Made by a program: the position numbers and the translations under genes. Below the pieces are notes generated by a model. The model saw nothing but the letters and a program-made list of their open reading frames with translations. It was not told the DNA's origin and did not search any database. From Thermoanaerobaculia bacterium (GTDB lineage Bacteria > Acidobacteriota > Thermoanaerobaculia > Multivoradales > DATKCC01), in NCBI GenBank assembly GCA_046538065.1, contig JBKHJP010000002.1:1-37446 (forward strand): DNA of 37,446 bases, read 5' to 3'. Each line of letters opens with the position of its first letter. Within the stretch, counting starts at the first letter, position 1. Positions 27,311 through 34,669 of the stretch are shown here, in pieces.

Positions 27311-27745
27311 TCACGAGTAGACGCCGTGCTCGATCCGGCCCAGGACGGATTCGACCTGGCGGCTCCCGGCGTCGGTGTCCAGGAGCTTTAGGGGAACGCG
27401 GCCCCCGAGGGCGCGGTTGGGCCGCTGGAGCCAGGTCGCGGCGCGCTCCGGCGAGCCCAGGACCTCGGTGGCCTGGGCGGCGATCCGGGCCAAACGGAAG
27501 AGGCGGTCCGACTCGTCCGGGTGGAGGCGGTGCTCCTTCTTGCGGCGAGCCAGGGTGCGCTGCGGCAGGTGGAGCGCCTCGGCGACCTGCTCCCTGGAGA
27601 GCCCGAGGCGGCCCATGACGGCCTCGAGGGCCGCGTAGGGCAGCCCTTCCCGGACGGTCTCGCCGAGCTCCGGCAGCCCCGCGGACTCCATGTGGAGGAC
27701 CCGGGGACCTCCCAGGGTCTCGAAGATCGTCGCCGCTGCGGTCAT
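27311..27745 (-). CDS. Xre-like antitoxin with a DUF2384 toxin-binding domain
   Basis: ATG at 27745 has GGGAGG 5 nt upstream. The HTH-like part reads LSREQVAEALHLPQRTLARR. The C-terminal part reads AATWLQRPNRALGGRVPLKLLDTDAGSRQVESVLGRIEHG, typical of DUF2384 antitoxins paired with RES toxins. Confidence 0.85.
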   Translation of the reverse strand: MTAAATIFETLGGPRVLHMESAGLPELGETVREGLPYAALEAVMGRLGLSREQVAEALHLPQRTLARRKKEHRLHPDESDRLFRLARIAAQATEVLGSPERAATWLQRPNRALGGRVPLKLLDTDAGSRQVESVLGRIEHGVYS

Positions 27746-27774
27746 GGTGCCTCCCTTCCGGCCATACGGCCACC

Positions 27775-27803
27775 ATCTTAATGCCAGGCGGCCACGACCG
27801 CAA
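27775..27803 (-). promoter_or_regulatory. Candidate sigma70-type promoter for the Xre-RES operon
   Basis: On the minus strand: TTGCGG (27803-27798), a 17-nt spacer, then TAAGAT (27780-27775). This lies ~30 nt upstream of the antitoxin ATG. Pattern match only. Confidence 0.35.
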
Positions 27804-27818
27804 CCCCGGAGACCGGAG

Positions 27819-27879
27819 GGTGCGACCTTGTCGCACCGGCGCGTCCGATCCGTTCGTTTCGGTGCGACAGGGTCGCACC
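27819..27879. promoter_or_regulatory. Two copies of the palindrome GGTGCGAC-N3-GTCGCACC (candidate operator pair)
   Basis: The copies are at 27819-27837 (spacer ctt) and 27861-27879 (spacer agg), 42 bp centre to centre. They lie between the OMF stop and the putative TA promoter. Neither strand has a U-tract, so they are not classical terminators. Confidence 0.4.
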
Positions 27880-27884
27880 CGGCC

Positions 27885-29591
27885 TCAGCGCTCCCCCAGG
27901 GCCGCCTGGAGGCCGGCGCGGGCCGTCGAGTACGCGTGGAGGGCCCGGGCGAGGTTGGTGCGGGCCTCGGTCACGGCGAGCTCGGCGTCGTCCAGCTCCA
28001 CCTGGGTGGAGAGGCCGTTCCGGAAGCGGATCTGGGCGATCTCCAGGGCGCGCTCCGCCAGGGCCACCGTGCCCCGGGAGGCTTCGACGGACTCCCGGGC
28101 CGCCTGGAGCGCCAGGTCCGCCTGCTCCACCTCCAGGCGCACCTCCTCCTCCAGGCGGGCGAGGCGCTGGCGCTCCTGCTCCAGCGCAGCCCGGGCCTGG
28201 GCCACCCGGCCCCGGCGCTCGCCGCCGTCGAACAGGTCCACGGAGACCACGAGCCCGGCGGCCAGGGAGTCGACGAAGTCGTCGCCCCCGGGGAAGTCGT
28301 CCGTCGAGGCCCGGTGGAGGTAGTCCGCCGTCAGGTCCAGGCTCGGTAGGAAGGAGCGGCGCTCCGCCTCCACGTCCTCCTCCCGGAGCTCCACCAGGAA
28401 GCGCTGGCGCGCCAGGTCGCTCCGGCCGCGGGAGGCCCGGGCCCAGGCGGCCCGGAGGTCCGGGGAATCCGGGTCTCCCTCCGCCTCGGTCCCGCCGCCG
28501 GCCTCCCGGCCCCGCGGCCCGGTGCCCTCGGCCTCAGGCTCCAGGAACCCGTCCGTCAGCTCCACCTCCCGCTCCAGGGGCAGGCCCACCACGCGCTTGA
28601 GGCGGTTGAGCGCCAGGTCCAGACCGTTTCGGGCCTCGATGAGCGGCGGCCGCAGGTTGGCGAGCTCCACCTCGGCGGTCAGGAGGTCGAAGTCCGGCGC
28701 CGTGCCGGCGTCGTGGAACGCCTGGACCTGCTCCAGGCGGGCCCGGGCCTGCTCCACGGCCTCCTCCCGCACCCGCACGAGGTCCCGGGCCAGCAGGGCG
28801 TCGAAGTACGCCAGCCGGGCGGCCAGGGCCACGGCGGTGCGGGCCCGCTCGGTGCCCGCCGCCGCCGCGCCCCGGGTCAGGTGGGCCGCCCGGATCGCCG
28901 GGCCCAGGCTCGGGTCCCAGAGGGCCTGGGTCAAGGTGGCGGAGAGGTCCACCTCGTTGTCGCTCCCCACCTCGATCCGCTGGAGCCCTTCGGGGCTGTT
29001 GAAGAAGAAGACCGGGCGCTCGATGTTCCGGGTGTAGACGCCGCCGGCCCTGAGCTCCGGCAGGGCCCCGGCGGAGACCTCCCGGACCAGGCCCTCGGTC
29101 CCGGCCTCCTCCGCCTCGGCGATGAGGACATCCTCGTTCCGGGAGACGGCCCGCTCCACGGCGTCGTCCAGGCCCAGGGGCAGCGGCGACGGGGCGCCGG
29201 GGGCGTCCGCAACCCGCTCGACCGGCCCGGCGCCGGGGGGCCAGGCCCCGGCGAGCCCCGGCGCCCCCTCGGCGGCCTCTCCGGCCGCGACCTCGGCCTG
29301 GGCTCCCGCCCGCAGCCCAAGCGTGTAGGGGCGGAGCTTGCCTCCGCCCGTGGTGCCGAACGGCTCGGTGGTCGCCGGAGCAGGGGAGGAGACAAGCTCC
29401 TCCCCTACACGCCCCCAGAAGGAATCGCCGTGCCACACGAAGGGTCTAATCAGTAGAGAATCACCAACTTCTACGTATCCGGCTCCGGGAGCCTCGCCGT
29501 CTGCGGCCCCCATCGCGGCCGGAGACGCGACCAGGCCCAGGACGAGGCCCAGGGCCGATAGCAGGTTCGGGACTCGGCCCGGCCCCGTCAC
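27885..29591 (-). CDS. TolC-like outer membrane efflux protein (OMF) with an N-terminal linker containing a MITE
   Basis: The GTG start at 29591 overlaps the RND stop (GTGA). The signal peptide reads LLSALGLVLGLVASPAAMG. The TolC-type repeat body starts at ..LGLDDAVERAVSRNEDVLIAEAE and contains duplicated coiled-coil halves. Residues ~60-90 are encoded by the repeat at 29323-29413. Confidence 0.8.
   Translation of the reverse strand: MTGPGRVPNLLSALGLVLGLVASPAAMGAADGEAPGAGYVEVGDSLLIRPFVWHGDSFWGRVGEELVSSPAPATTEPFGTTGGGKLRPYTLGLRAGAQAEVAAGEAAEGAPGLAGAWPPGAGPVERVADAPGAPSPLPLGLDDAVERAVSRNEDVLIAEAEEAGTEGLVREVSAGALPELRAGGVYTRNIERPVFFFNSPEGLQRIEVGSDNEVDLSATLTQALWDPSLGPAIRAAHLTRGAAAAGTERARTAVALAARLAYFDALLARDLVRVREEAVEQARARLEQVQAFHDAGTAPDFDLLTAEVELANLRPPLIEARNGLDLALNRLKRVVGLPLEREVELTDGFLEPEAEGTGPRGREAGGGTEAEGDPDSPDLRAAWARASRGRSDLARQRFLVELREEDVEAERRSFLPSLDLTADYLHRASTDDFPGGDDFVDSLAAGLVVSVDLFDGGERRGRVAQARAALEQERQRLARLEEEVRLEVEQADLALQAARESVEASRGTVALAERALEIAQIRFRNGLSTQVELDDAELAVTEARTNLARALHAYSTARAGLQAALGER
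29323..29413. repeat. Complete ~91-bp MITE of the REP family inside the OMF reading frame
   Basis: The sequence is gtgtaggggcggagcttgcctccgccc, then the core gtggtgccgaacggctcggtggtcgccggagcag, then gggaggagacaagctcctcccctacacgcc. The architecture and core match the copy at 19159-19248. Confidence 0.85.
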
Positions 29592-32500
29592 GGCGTCGCC
29601 TCCCGGGCCGCCGCCTCGCCACCGCCCGGCTCCTCCCGGGGACCCTCGTCGCGCTCCCCCTCCCCTCGCAGCCGCGTCACCCGGGTGCCGAGCCAGGTCA
29701 GGCCGTCGTCGAAGAGGGTGTAGAAGACCGGCACCACGTACAGGGTGAGCGCCGTCGAGACCACCATCCCCCCCACCACGGCCACTCCCAGGGGGCGCCG
29801 GGACTCGGCGCCGGCCCCCAGGGCCAGGGCGATGGGGAGCACGCCGAAGACGATGGAGAACGAGGTCATGAGGATGGGACGCAGCCGCACCGCCGCCGCA
29901 TCCAGGACCGCCTCGCGCATGGCGTGGCCCCGCCGGCGCAGGGTGTTGGCGTAGTCCACCAGGAGGATCGAGTTCTTCACCACCAGGCCCATGAGCATGA
30001 TGATCCCGATCAGGCTGTAGATGTTCAGCGTCATCCCCAGGGACGCCAGGGCGAGGACCGCCCCCACCAGGGCGAAGGGCAGGGCCAGCATGATGGTGAG
30101 GGGATGGAGGAAGCTCTCGAACTGCCCCGCCAGGACGAGGTAGATGCCCAGCACCGCCAGGGCCAGGGAGAGGAAGAGGCTCCGGGCCGACTCCTCGAAG
30201 TCCTGGCTCTGTCCCGCCACGGCAGTGGTGAAGCCCTCCGGCAGGACGTCCGCCGCCAGGGCCCGGACCCGGTCCAGGGCCTCGCCCAGGGGAATCCCTT
30301 CCAGGTTGGCGTCCAGGATCACCGAGCGGCGCCGGTTGTAGTGGTTGATCTGGGACGGGCCCACGCCCTCGGTGACGTCGATCACGCTGGCGAGCTGGAG
30401 CAGCCCGCCGTCGCTACCCCGGAGGTAGACCTCCTCCAGGTCCCGGGGGGTGGCCCGGAAGCGCTCCAGGAGCTGGACCACCACGTCGTAGCGCTCGTTG
30501 CCCCTGCGGTAGCGGGTCACGTCCTGGCCGCCGAAGAGGACCTGGAGGGTCCGGGCCACCTCCTCCACGGAAACGCCCAGGTCCGCCGCCCGGTTGCGGT
30601 CGATGGTCACCGAGAGCTGGGGCTTGTTGAGGTCCAGGTCCGTGTCCACGTCGGTCAGGCCCGGCTCCTCGCGCATCCGGGCCGCCAGCTCGCCGGAGAC
30701 CTCCGCCAGGCGGTCCAGGTCCCGGCTCTGGAGGACGAACTGGAGGGGTTTTTCCGTCCCGCCGGCCGTCAGCGACGTGGGGGCGATGACGAAGACCTGC
30801 ACCCCCGCCAGGTCCGCCACCACCCGGCGCACCTCGGCCATGATCTCGAACTGGTCCCGCTCCCGCTCGTCCGCCAGGCGCACGAAGAGGATCCCCTCGC
30901 TCACCTTGGCCGGCCCGCCGATGGCCAAGCCCACGGCGGAGAAGAACCGGTCCACCCCCTCCACGTCCGCCACCCGGCGCTCGATCTCCGAGAGGTACCG
31001 GTCGGTGTACTCCAGGGTGGAGCCCTCCGGCGCCGTCACGGAGATCAGGAACTCTCCCCGGTCCTCCGGCGGCACGAACTCCCGCCCCAGGCCCACCATC
31101 AGCCAGACGCTCCCGGCGAAGGCCGCCACCGCCACCACCACCACCAGAACCCGCCGGGAGAAGGCCCACTCGAGCGAGCGCCGGAACCCCCGGGTCAGGC
31201 GCTTCAGGCCCGACTCCATGGCCCGGGACAGGCGGTTGCCCCCGCCCCCCAGGCGCAGGAACCGGGAGCAGAGCATGGGGGTGAGCGTCAGCGCCACGAA
31301 GGCGGAGATCAGGACCGAGATCGCCACCGACAGGCCGAACTCCCGGAACAGCCGCCCCACCACGCCGGTGACGAAGGCGATGGGCAGGAAGACGATGACC
31401 AGGGTGAAGGAGATGGCGAGGACCGCGAAGGCGATCTCGGAGGTGCCGCGCTGGGCCGCGGTCCGGCGGTCCTCCCCCTCCTCCATGTGGCGGTAGACGT
31501 TTTCCAGGACCACGATGGCGTCGTCCACCACGATGCCGATGGCCAGGGTCAGGGCCAGCAGCGTGAGGGTGTTGATGGAGAAGTCCATCAGGAAGAGGGC
31601 GGCGAAGGTGCCGACCACCGAGACGGGGATCGCCAGCGACGGGATGATCGTGGCCCAGCCGGAGCGCAGGAAGGCGAAGACCACCAGCACCACCAGGCCG
31701 AAAGCGATGAGGAGGGTCTCCCGGACCTCCTCCAGCGAGCGCTCGATGAACCCGGCGTCGTTGACGGCGAGGGAAAGGGTGAACCCGGGGGGCAGGTCCT
31801 CCCGGAGCTCCTCCACCCGCTCCAGGACGCCGTCGGCCACCGCCACGGTGTTGGCGTCCGACTGCTTGATGATCCCCAGGCCCACCGTGGGCTCGCTGTT
31901 GAAGCGGGCCAGGGTCCGCTCGTTCTCGACCCCCGCCTCCGCCAGGCCCAGGTCCCCCAGGCGGATGGCGGCGTCGTCGCGCCAGGCCACGATCAGGTCG
32001 TTGAACGACTCCGGCGTCGGGAGCTCGCCCTCGGTGCGCACCGTGAACTCCCGCTCGCGGCTCTCGACCCGGCCGGAGGGGATCTCCACGTTCTCGCGGC
32101 GCAGCGCCGCCGTGACATCGGTGACCGAGAGGCCGTAGGCGGCGAGCTTCCGCGGGTCCAGGCGCACCCGGACGGCGAAGCGCTTCTCGCCGCCCAGGAG
32201 GACCGAGCCCACGCCGGGGAGGGTCTGGAGCTCCTCCTTCAAGACGGTGTCGGCGTAGTCGTTGACCTCGGTGTCCCCCAGGTCCGGGTTCGACAGGGGC
32301 AGCCAGATGATGGGCGAGGCCTCCGGGTCGAGCTTCTCCACCACCGGCTCCTCCACGTCGTCCGGCAGCTCGCCGCGGACCCGGGAGACCTTGTCCCGGA
32401 CGTCCTGGAGGGCCACGTCGACGTCCCGGTCCAGGTGGAACTCGGCGGTGATGATGCTGGTCTGCTCGCCGGAGATGGAGGTGAGGGTCTTGAGGCCCTC

Positions 32501-32722
32501 GATGGTGTTGACCTCCTCCTCCACGACCTCGGTGACCTCGGTCTCGACGACCTCGGGGCTGGCGCCGGGCAGGAGCGTGGTGACCGAGACGATGGGGTAG
32601 TCGATCTCCGGGAGCTCCCGGACCGGCAGGCTCTGGTAGCCCACCCAGCCCACCAGGATCACGGCGGCGGTGACCACCGTCGTCAGGACGGGCCGGCGGA
32701 TGGAGACGTCGGACAGGAACAC
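29588..32722 (-). CDS. RND efflux permease (AcrB/HAE1-like)
   Basis: The protein is 1044 aa. The typical N-terminus reads FLSDVSIRRPVLTTVV..., and there are 12 TM segments and two large loops. The GTG start at 32722 is preceded by GGAGGAGGA. Confidence 0.9.
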   Translation of the reverse strand: MFLSDVSIRRPVLTTVVTAAVILVGWVGYQSLPVRELPEIDYPIVSVTTLLPGASPEVVETEVTEVVEEEVNTIEGLKTLTSISGEQTSIITAEFHLDRDVDVALQDVRDKVSRVRGELPDDVEEPVVEKLDPEASPIIWLPLSNPDLGDTEVNDYADTVLKEELQTLPGVGSVLLGGEKRFAVRVRLDPRKLAAYGLSVTDVTAALRRENVEIPSGRVESREREFTVRTEGELPTPESFNDLIVAWRDDAAIRLGDLGLAEAGVENERTLARFNSEPTVGLGIIKQSDANTVAVADGVLERVEELREDLPPGFTLSLAVNDAGFIERSLEEVRETLLIAFGLVVLVVFAFLRSGWATIIPSLAIPVSVVGTFAALFLMDFSINTLTLLALTLAIGIVVDDAIVVLENVYRHMEEGEDRRTAAQRGTSEIAFAVLAISFTLVIVFLPIAFVTGVVGRLFREFGLSVAISVLISAFVALTLTPMLCSRFLRLGGGGNRLSRAMESGLKRLTRGFRRSLEWAFSRRVLVVVVAVAAFAGSVWLMVGLGREFVPPEDRGEFLISVTAPEGSTLEYTDRYLSEIERRVADVEGVDRFFSAVGLAIGGPAKVSEGILFVRLADERERDQFEIMAEVRRVVADLAGVQVFVIAPTSLTAGGTEKPLQFVLQSRDLDRLAEVSGELAARMREEPGLTDVDTDLDLNKPQLSVTIDRNRAADLGVSVEEVARTLQVLFGGQDVTRYRRGNERYDVVVQLLERFRATPRDLEEVYLRGSDGGLLQLASVIDVTEGVGPSQINHYNRRRSVILDANLEGIPLGEALDRVRALAADVLPEGFTTAVAGQSQDFEESARSLFLSLALAVLGIYLVLAGQFESFLHPLTIMLALPFALVGAVLALASLGMTLNIYSLIGIIMLMGLVVKNSILLVDYANTLRRRGHAMREAVLDAAAVRLRPILMTSFSIVFGVLPIALALGAGAESRRPLGVAVVGGMVVSTALTLYVVPVFYTLFDDGLTWLGTRVTRLRGEGERDEGPREEPGGGEAAAREATP

Positions 32723-32725
32723 CGG

Positions 32726-33853
32726 TCAGTCCTCCTCCGGCTCGTCGAGCCGCTCCGTGGTCCGGACCGCCGCGCCGTCCTGGATCCGCTGCTGGCCGGC
32801 CACCACCACCTGCTCACCGGCCTCCACGCCGGAGAGGACCTCCACCCGGCCCGGGGCCCGCTCCCCCAGGGTCACGCTCCGGAGCTTCGCGGTGTCGTCC
32901 ACCACGGCGAAGACGAAGTTCTCGCCGCCCCGGGGGACCACCGCCTCCTCCGGGATGACGACGGCGTCCGCCCGGCGCTCGAGCTCGATCTCCACCTCCA
33001 CGAACTGCCCCGGGCTCAGCCGCCCGTCCGGGTTCGGGACCTCCGCCTCGATCCGCACGGTCCGGGTCTCCGAGTCGACCCGCGGGCTGAGGAAGACCAC
33101 CGCGCCGTCCACGACCCGGCCGGGGTCGCTCCGGGCCTCGACCCGGACCGGGCTCCCCACCTCCACCCGGCCCAGGTACGCCTCCGGCAGGTCGAACTCC
33201 ACCCGCAGGGGGCGGTCGTCCACCAGCTCCATCAGGGGGTCGCCCTCCCGCAGGAAGTCCCCGGCGTAAAACGAGCGCTCCCCCAGCCGCCCGGCGAAGG
33301 GGGCCCGGATCACCGTTTTCTCCAGGCGGCGGCGGGCCAGGCGGAGGTTCGCCTCGGCCTCCTCCGTGCGGGCTCGGGCCGCCTCGTGGGCGCTCTCCAG
33401 GTCGTCCAGGGTCTGGGGCGAGATGGCCCCCGCCTCCAGCAGGCCGCGGTTTCGCTCCAGGCGGGCCGCCAGGTTCTCGGCCTCGGTGCGGGCGCGCTCC
33501 AGGGTGGCCTCGGCGGCTTCCACCTGGGCCGCCAGCTCCCGGTCGTCCAGGCGCACCAGGACCTGGCCGCGGCGGACCGTCTCGCCCTCGGCCACCGGGA
33601 TGGCGGAGACCACCCCCTCGGCCTCCGCCCGGAGGACCACGGTCTGCTCCGCCTCCAGGGTGCCCACCGAGGCGGCCCGCACCGAGACCGGCTCCCGGCG
33701 GGCCTCGGCCACCTCCACCGCCGGTGGTTCGGCGGGGGCGGCGGAGGCGTCGTCCCCGGAAGCGCCGCCGCAGCCGGCGGTGGCGATCGGGACGGCACCC
33801 AGCAAGAGCAGGGCGGACCAACGGCGTGATCGGCGAGGTCGCTGGTCGGGCAC
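32726..33853 (-). CDS. RND periplasmic adaptor (MFP), lipoprotein-like
   Basis: GTG at 33853 has GGAGGA 6 nt upstream. The signal with a lipobox-like end reads LLLLGAVPIATAGC. The layout is biotinyl-lipoyl/coiled-coil/beta-barrel (VVSAIPVAEGETVRRGQVLVRLD, long Ala/Glu/Arg coiled coil, IRAPFAGRLG). The 1183-aa track ORF is a read-through artefact. Confidence 0.85.
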   Translation of the reverse strand: MPDQRPRRSRRWSALLLLGAVPIATAGCGGASGDDASAAPAEPPAVEVAEARREPVSVRAASVGTLEAEQTVVLRAEAEGVVSAIPVAEGETVRRGQVLVRLDDRELAAQVEAAEATLERARTEAENLAARLERNRGLLEAGAISPQTLDDLESAHEAARARTEEAEANLRLARRRLEKTVIRAPFAGRLGERSFYAGDFLREGDPLMELVDDRPLRVEFDLPEAYLGRVEVGSPVRVEARSDPGRVVDGAVVFLSPRVDSETRTVRIEAEVPNPDGRLSPGQFVEVEIELERRADAVVIPEEAVVPRGGENFVFAVVDDTAKLRSVTLGERAPGRVEVLSGVEAGEQVVVAGQQRIQDGAAVRTTERLDEPEED

Positions 33854-34135
33854 GGGGGATCCTCCGGGTCGGGGCGTAGCGCGCGGGAACGGGACGGCGT
33901 CCTGGGGAACGTCGGGGTCGCCGGACCGCCGACCCCGGAAGGCTACCTCATGGGACAGGACGACCGAGCACCGTGGCCCGCTTCCGCGGAGGGGCGAGAC
34001 GCGCGTCCAGGGGAAGGAAGGTGAGGCCGGCCGGAACCGGCCCCCCGCCCAGGTTTCTCGACTCCGCTTCGCTCCGCTCGAAACGACAAGGGAGATCGCG
34101 CTGCCCCGGGCGGAGGCAGGGCTCCCCATCACAAA

Positions 34136-34424
34136 CCTGTAGGGGCGGAGCTTGCCTCCGCTCAAGGCGAGGCGCCCCGTCAAGTGCCTGTAGGGGCGGA
34201 GCTTGCCTCCGCCCGTGGCGAAGCGCCCCGCCGAGAGCCTGTAGGGGCGGAGCTTGCCTCCGCCCGTGGCGAAGTAGGCCCGCCGAGAGCCTGTAGGGGC
34301 GGAGCTTGCCTCCGCCCGTGGCGAAGCGCCCCGCCGAGAGCCTGTAGGGGCGGAGCTTGTCTCCGCCCGTGGCGAAGTAGGCCCGCCAAACCCCGGGAGG
34401 AGACAAGCTCCTCCCCTACACGCC
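34136..34424 (+). repeat. Tandem array of five 51-52-bp REP units capped by an inverted terminal unit
   Basis: Units start at 34136, 34187, 34238, 34290 and 34341. Each is CCTGTAGGGGCGGAGCTTGCCTCCGCCCGTGGCGAAG plus a 14-15-nt tail. Units 2 and 4 share the tail cgccccgccgagag, and units 3 and 5 share the tail taggcccgcc, so the array is a 103-bp higher-order duplication. It ends with gggaggagacaagctcctcccctacacgcc (34395-34424). Confidence 0.9.
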
Positions 34425-34669
34425 ACGGCCAGGGAGTCGGGAATGCTCAGGGCGCCCACCGAACGGTGAAGGAGCCCCCACCCATGGTTCGACCCCTCGG
34501 CTCCGCTCGGGGGGCCCAGGGTCGCACCCTGCCCCGGCACCGGACGAAATACGGCGGGCCGGAGCGGGAGTTTGTCTAGAGGCCCGTACGCACCTGGAAG
34601 CCACCTTCCGGGCTCCCCCGGCCGCCCCGGCGGCCACCGACGAACCCGAGCACACCGGCACCGCACCCC

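Noticed and set aside
34136-34424. Possible CRISPR array, given regularly spaced ~37-nt palindromic repeats
   Set aside because: The would-be spacers are only 14-15 nt and fall into just two alternating, near-identical variants. The repeat is the same REP/MITE hairpin found dispersed at five other loci. The array ends in an inverted copy of the unit. No cas genes are nearby. I treat it as a tandemly amplified MITE end.
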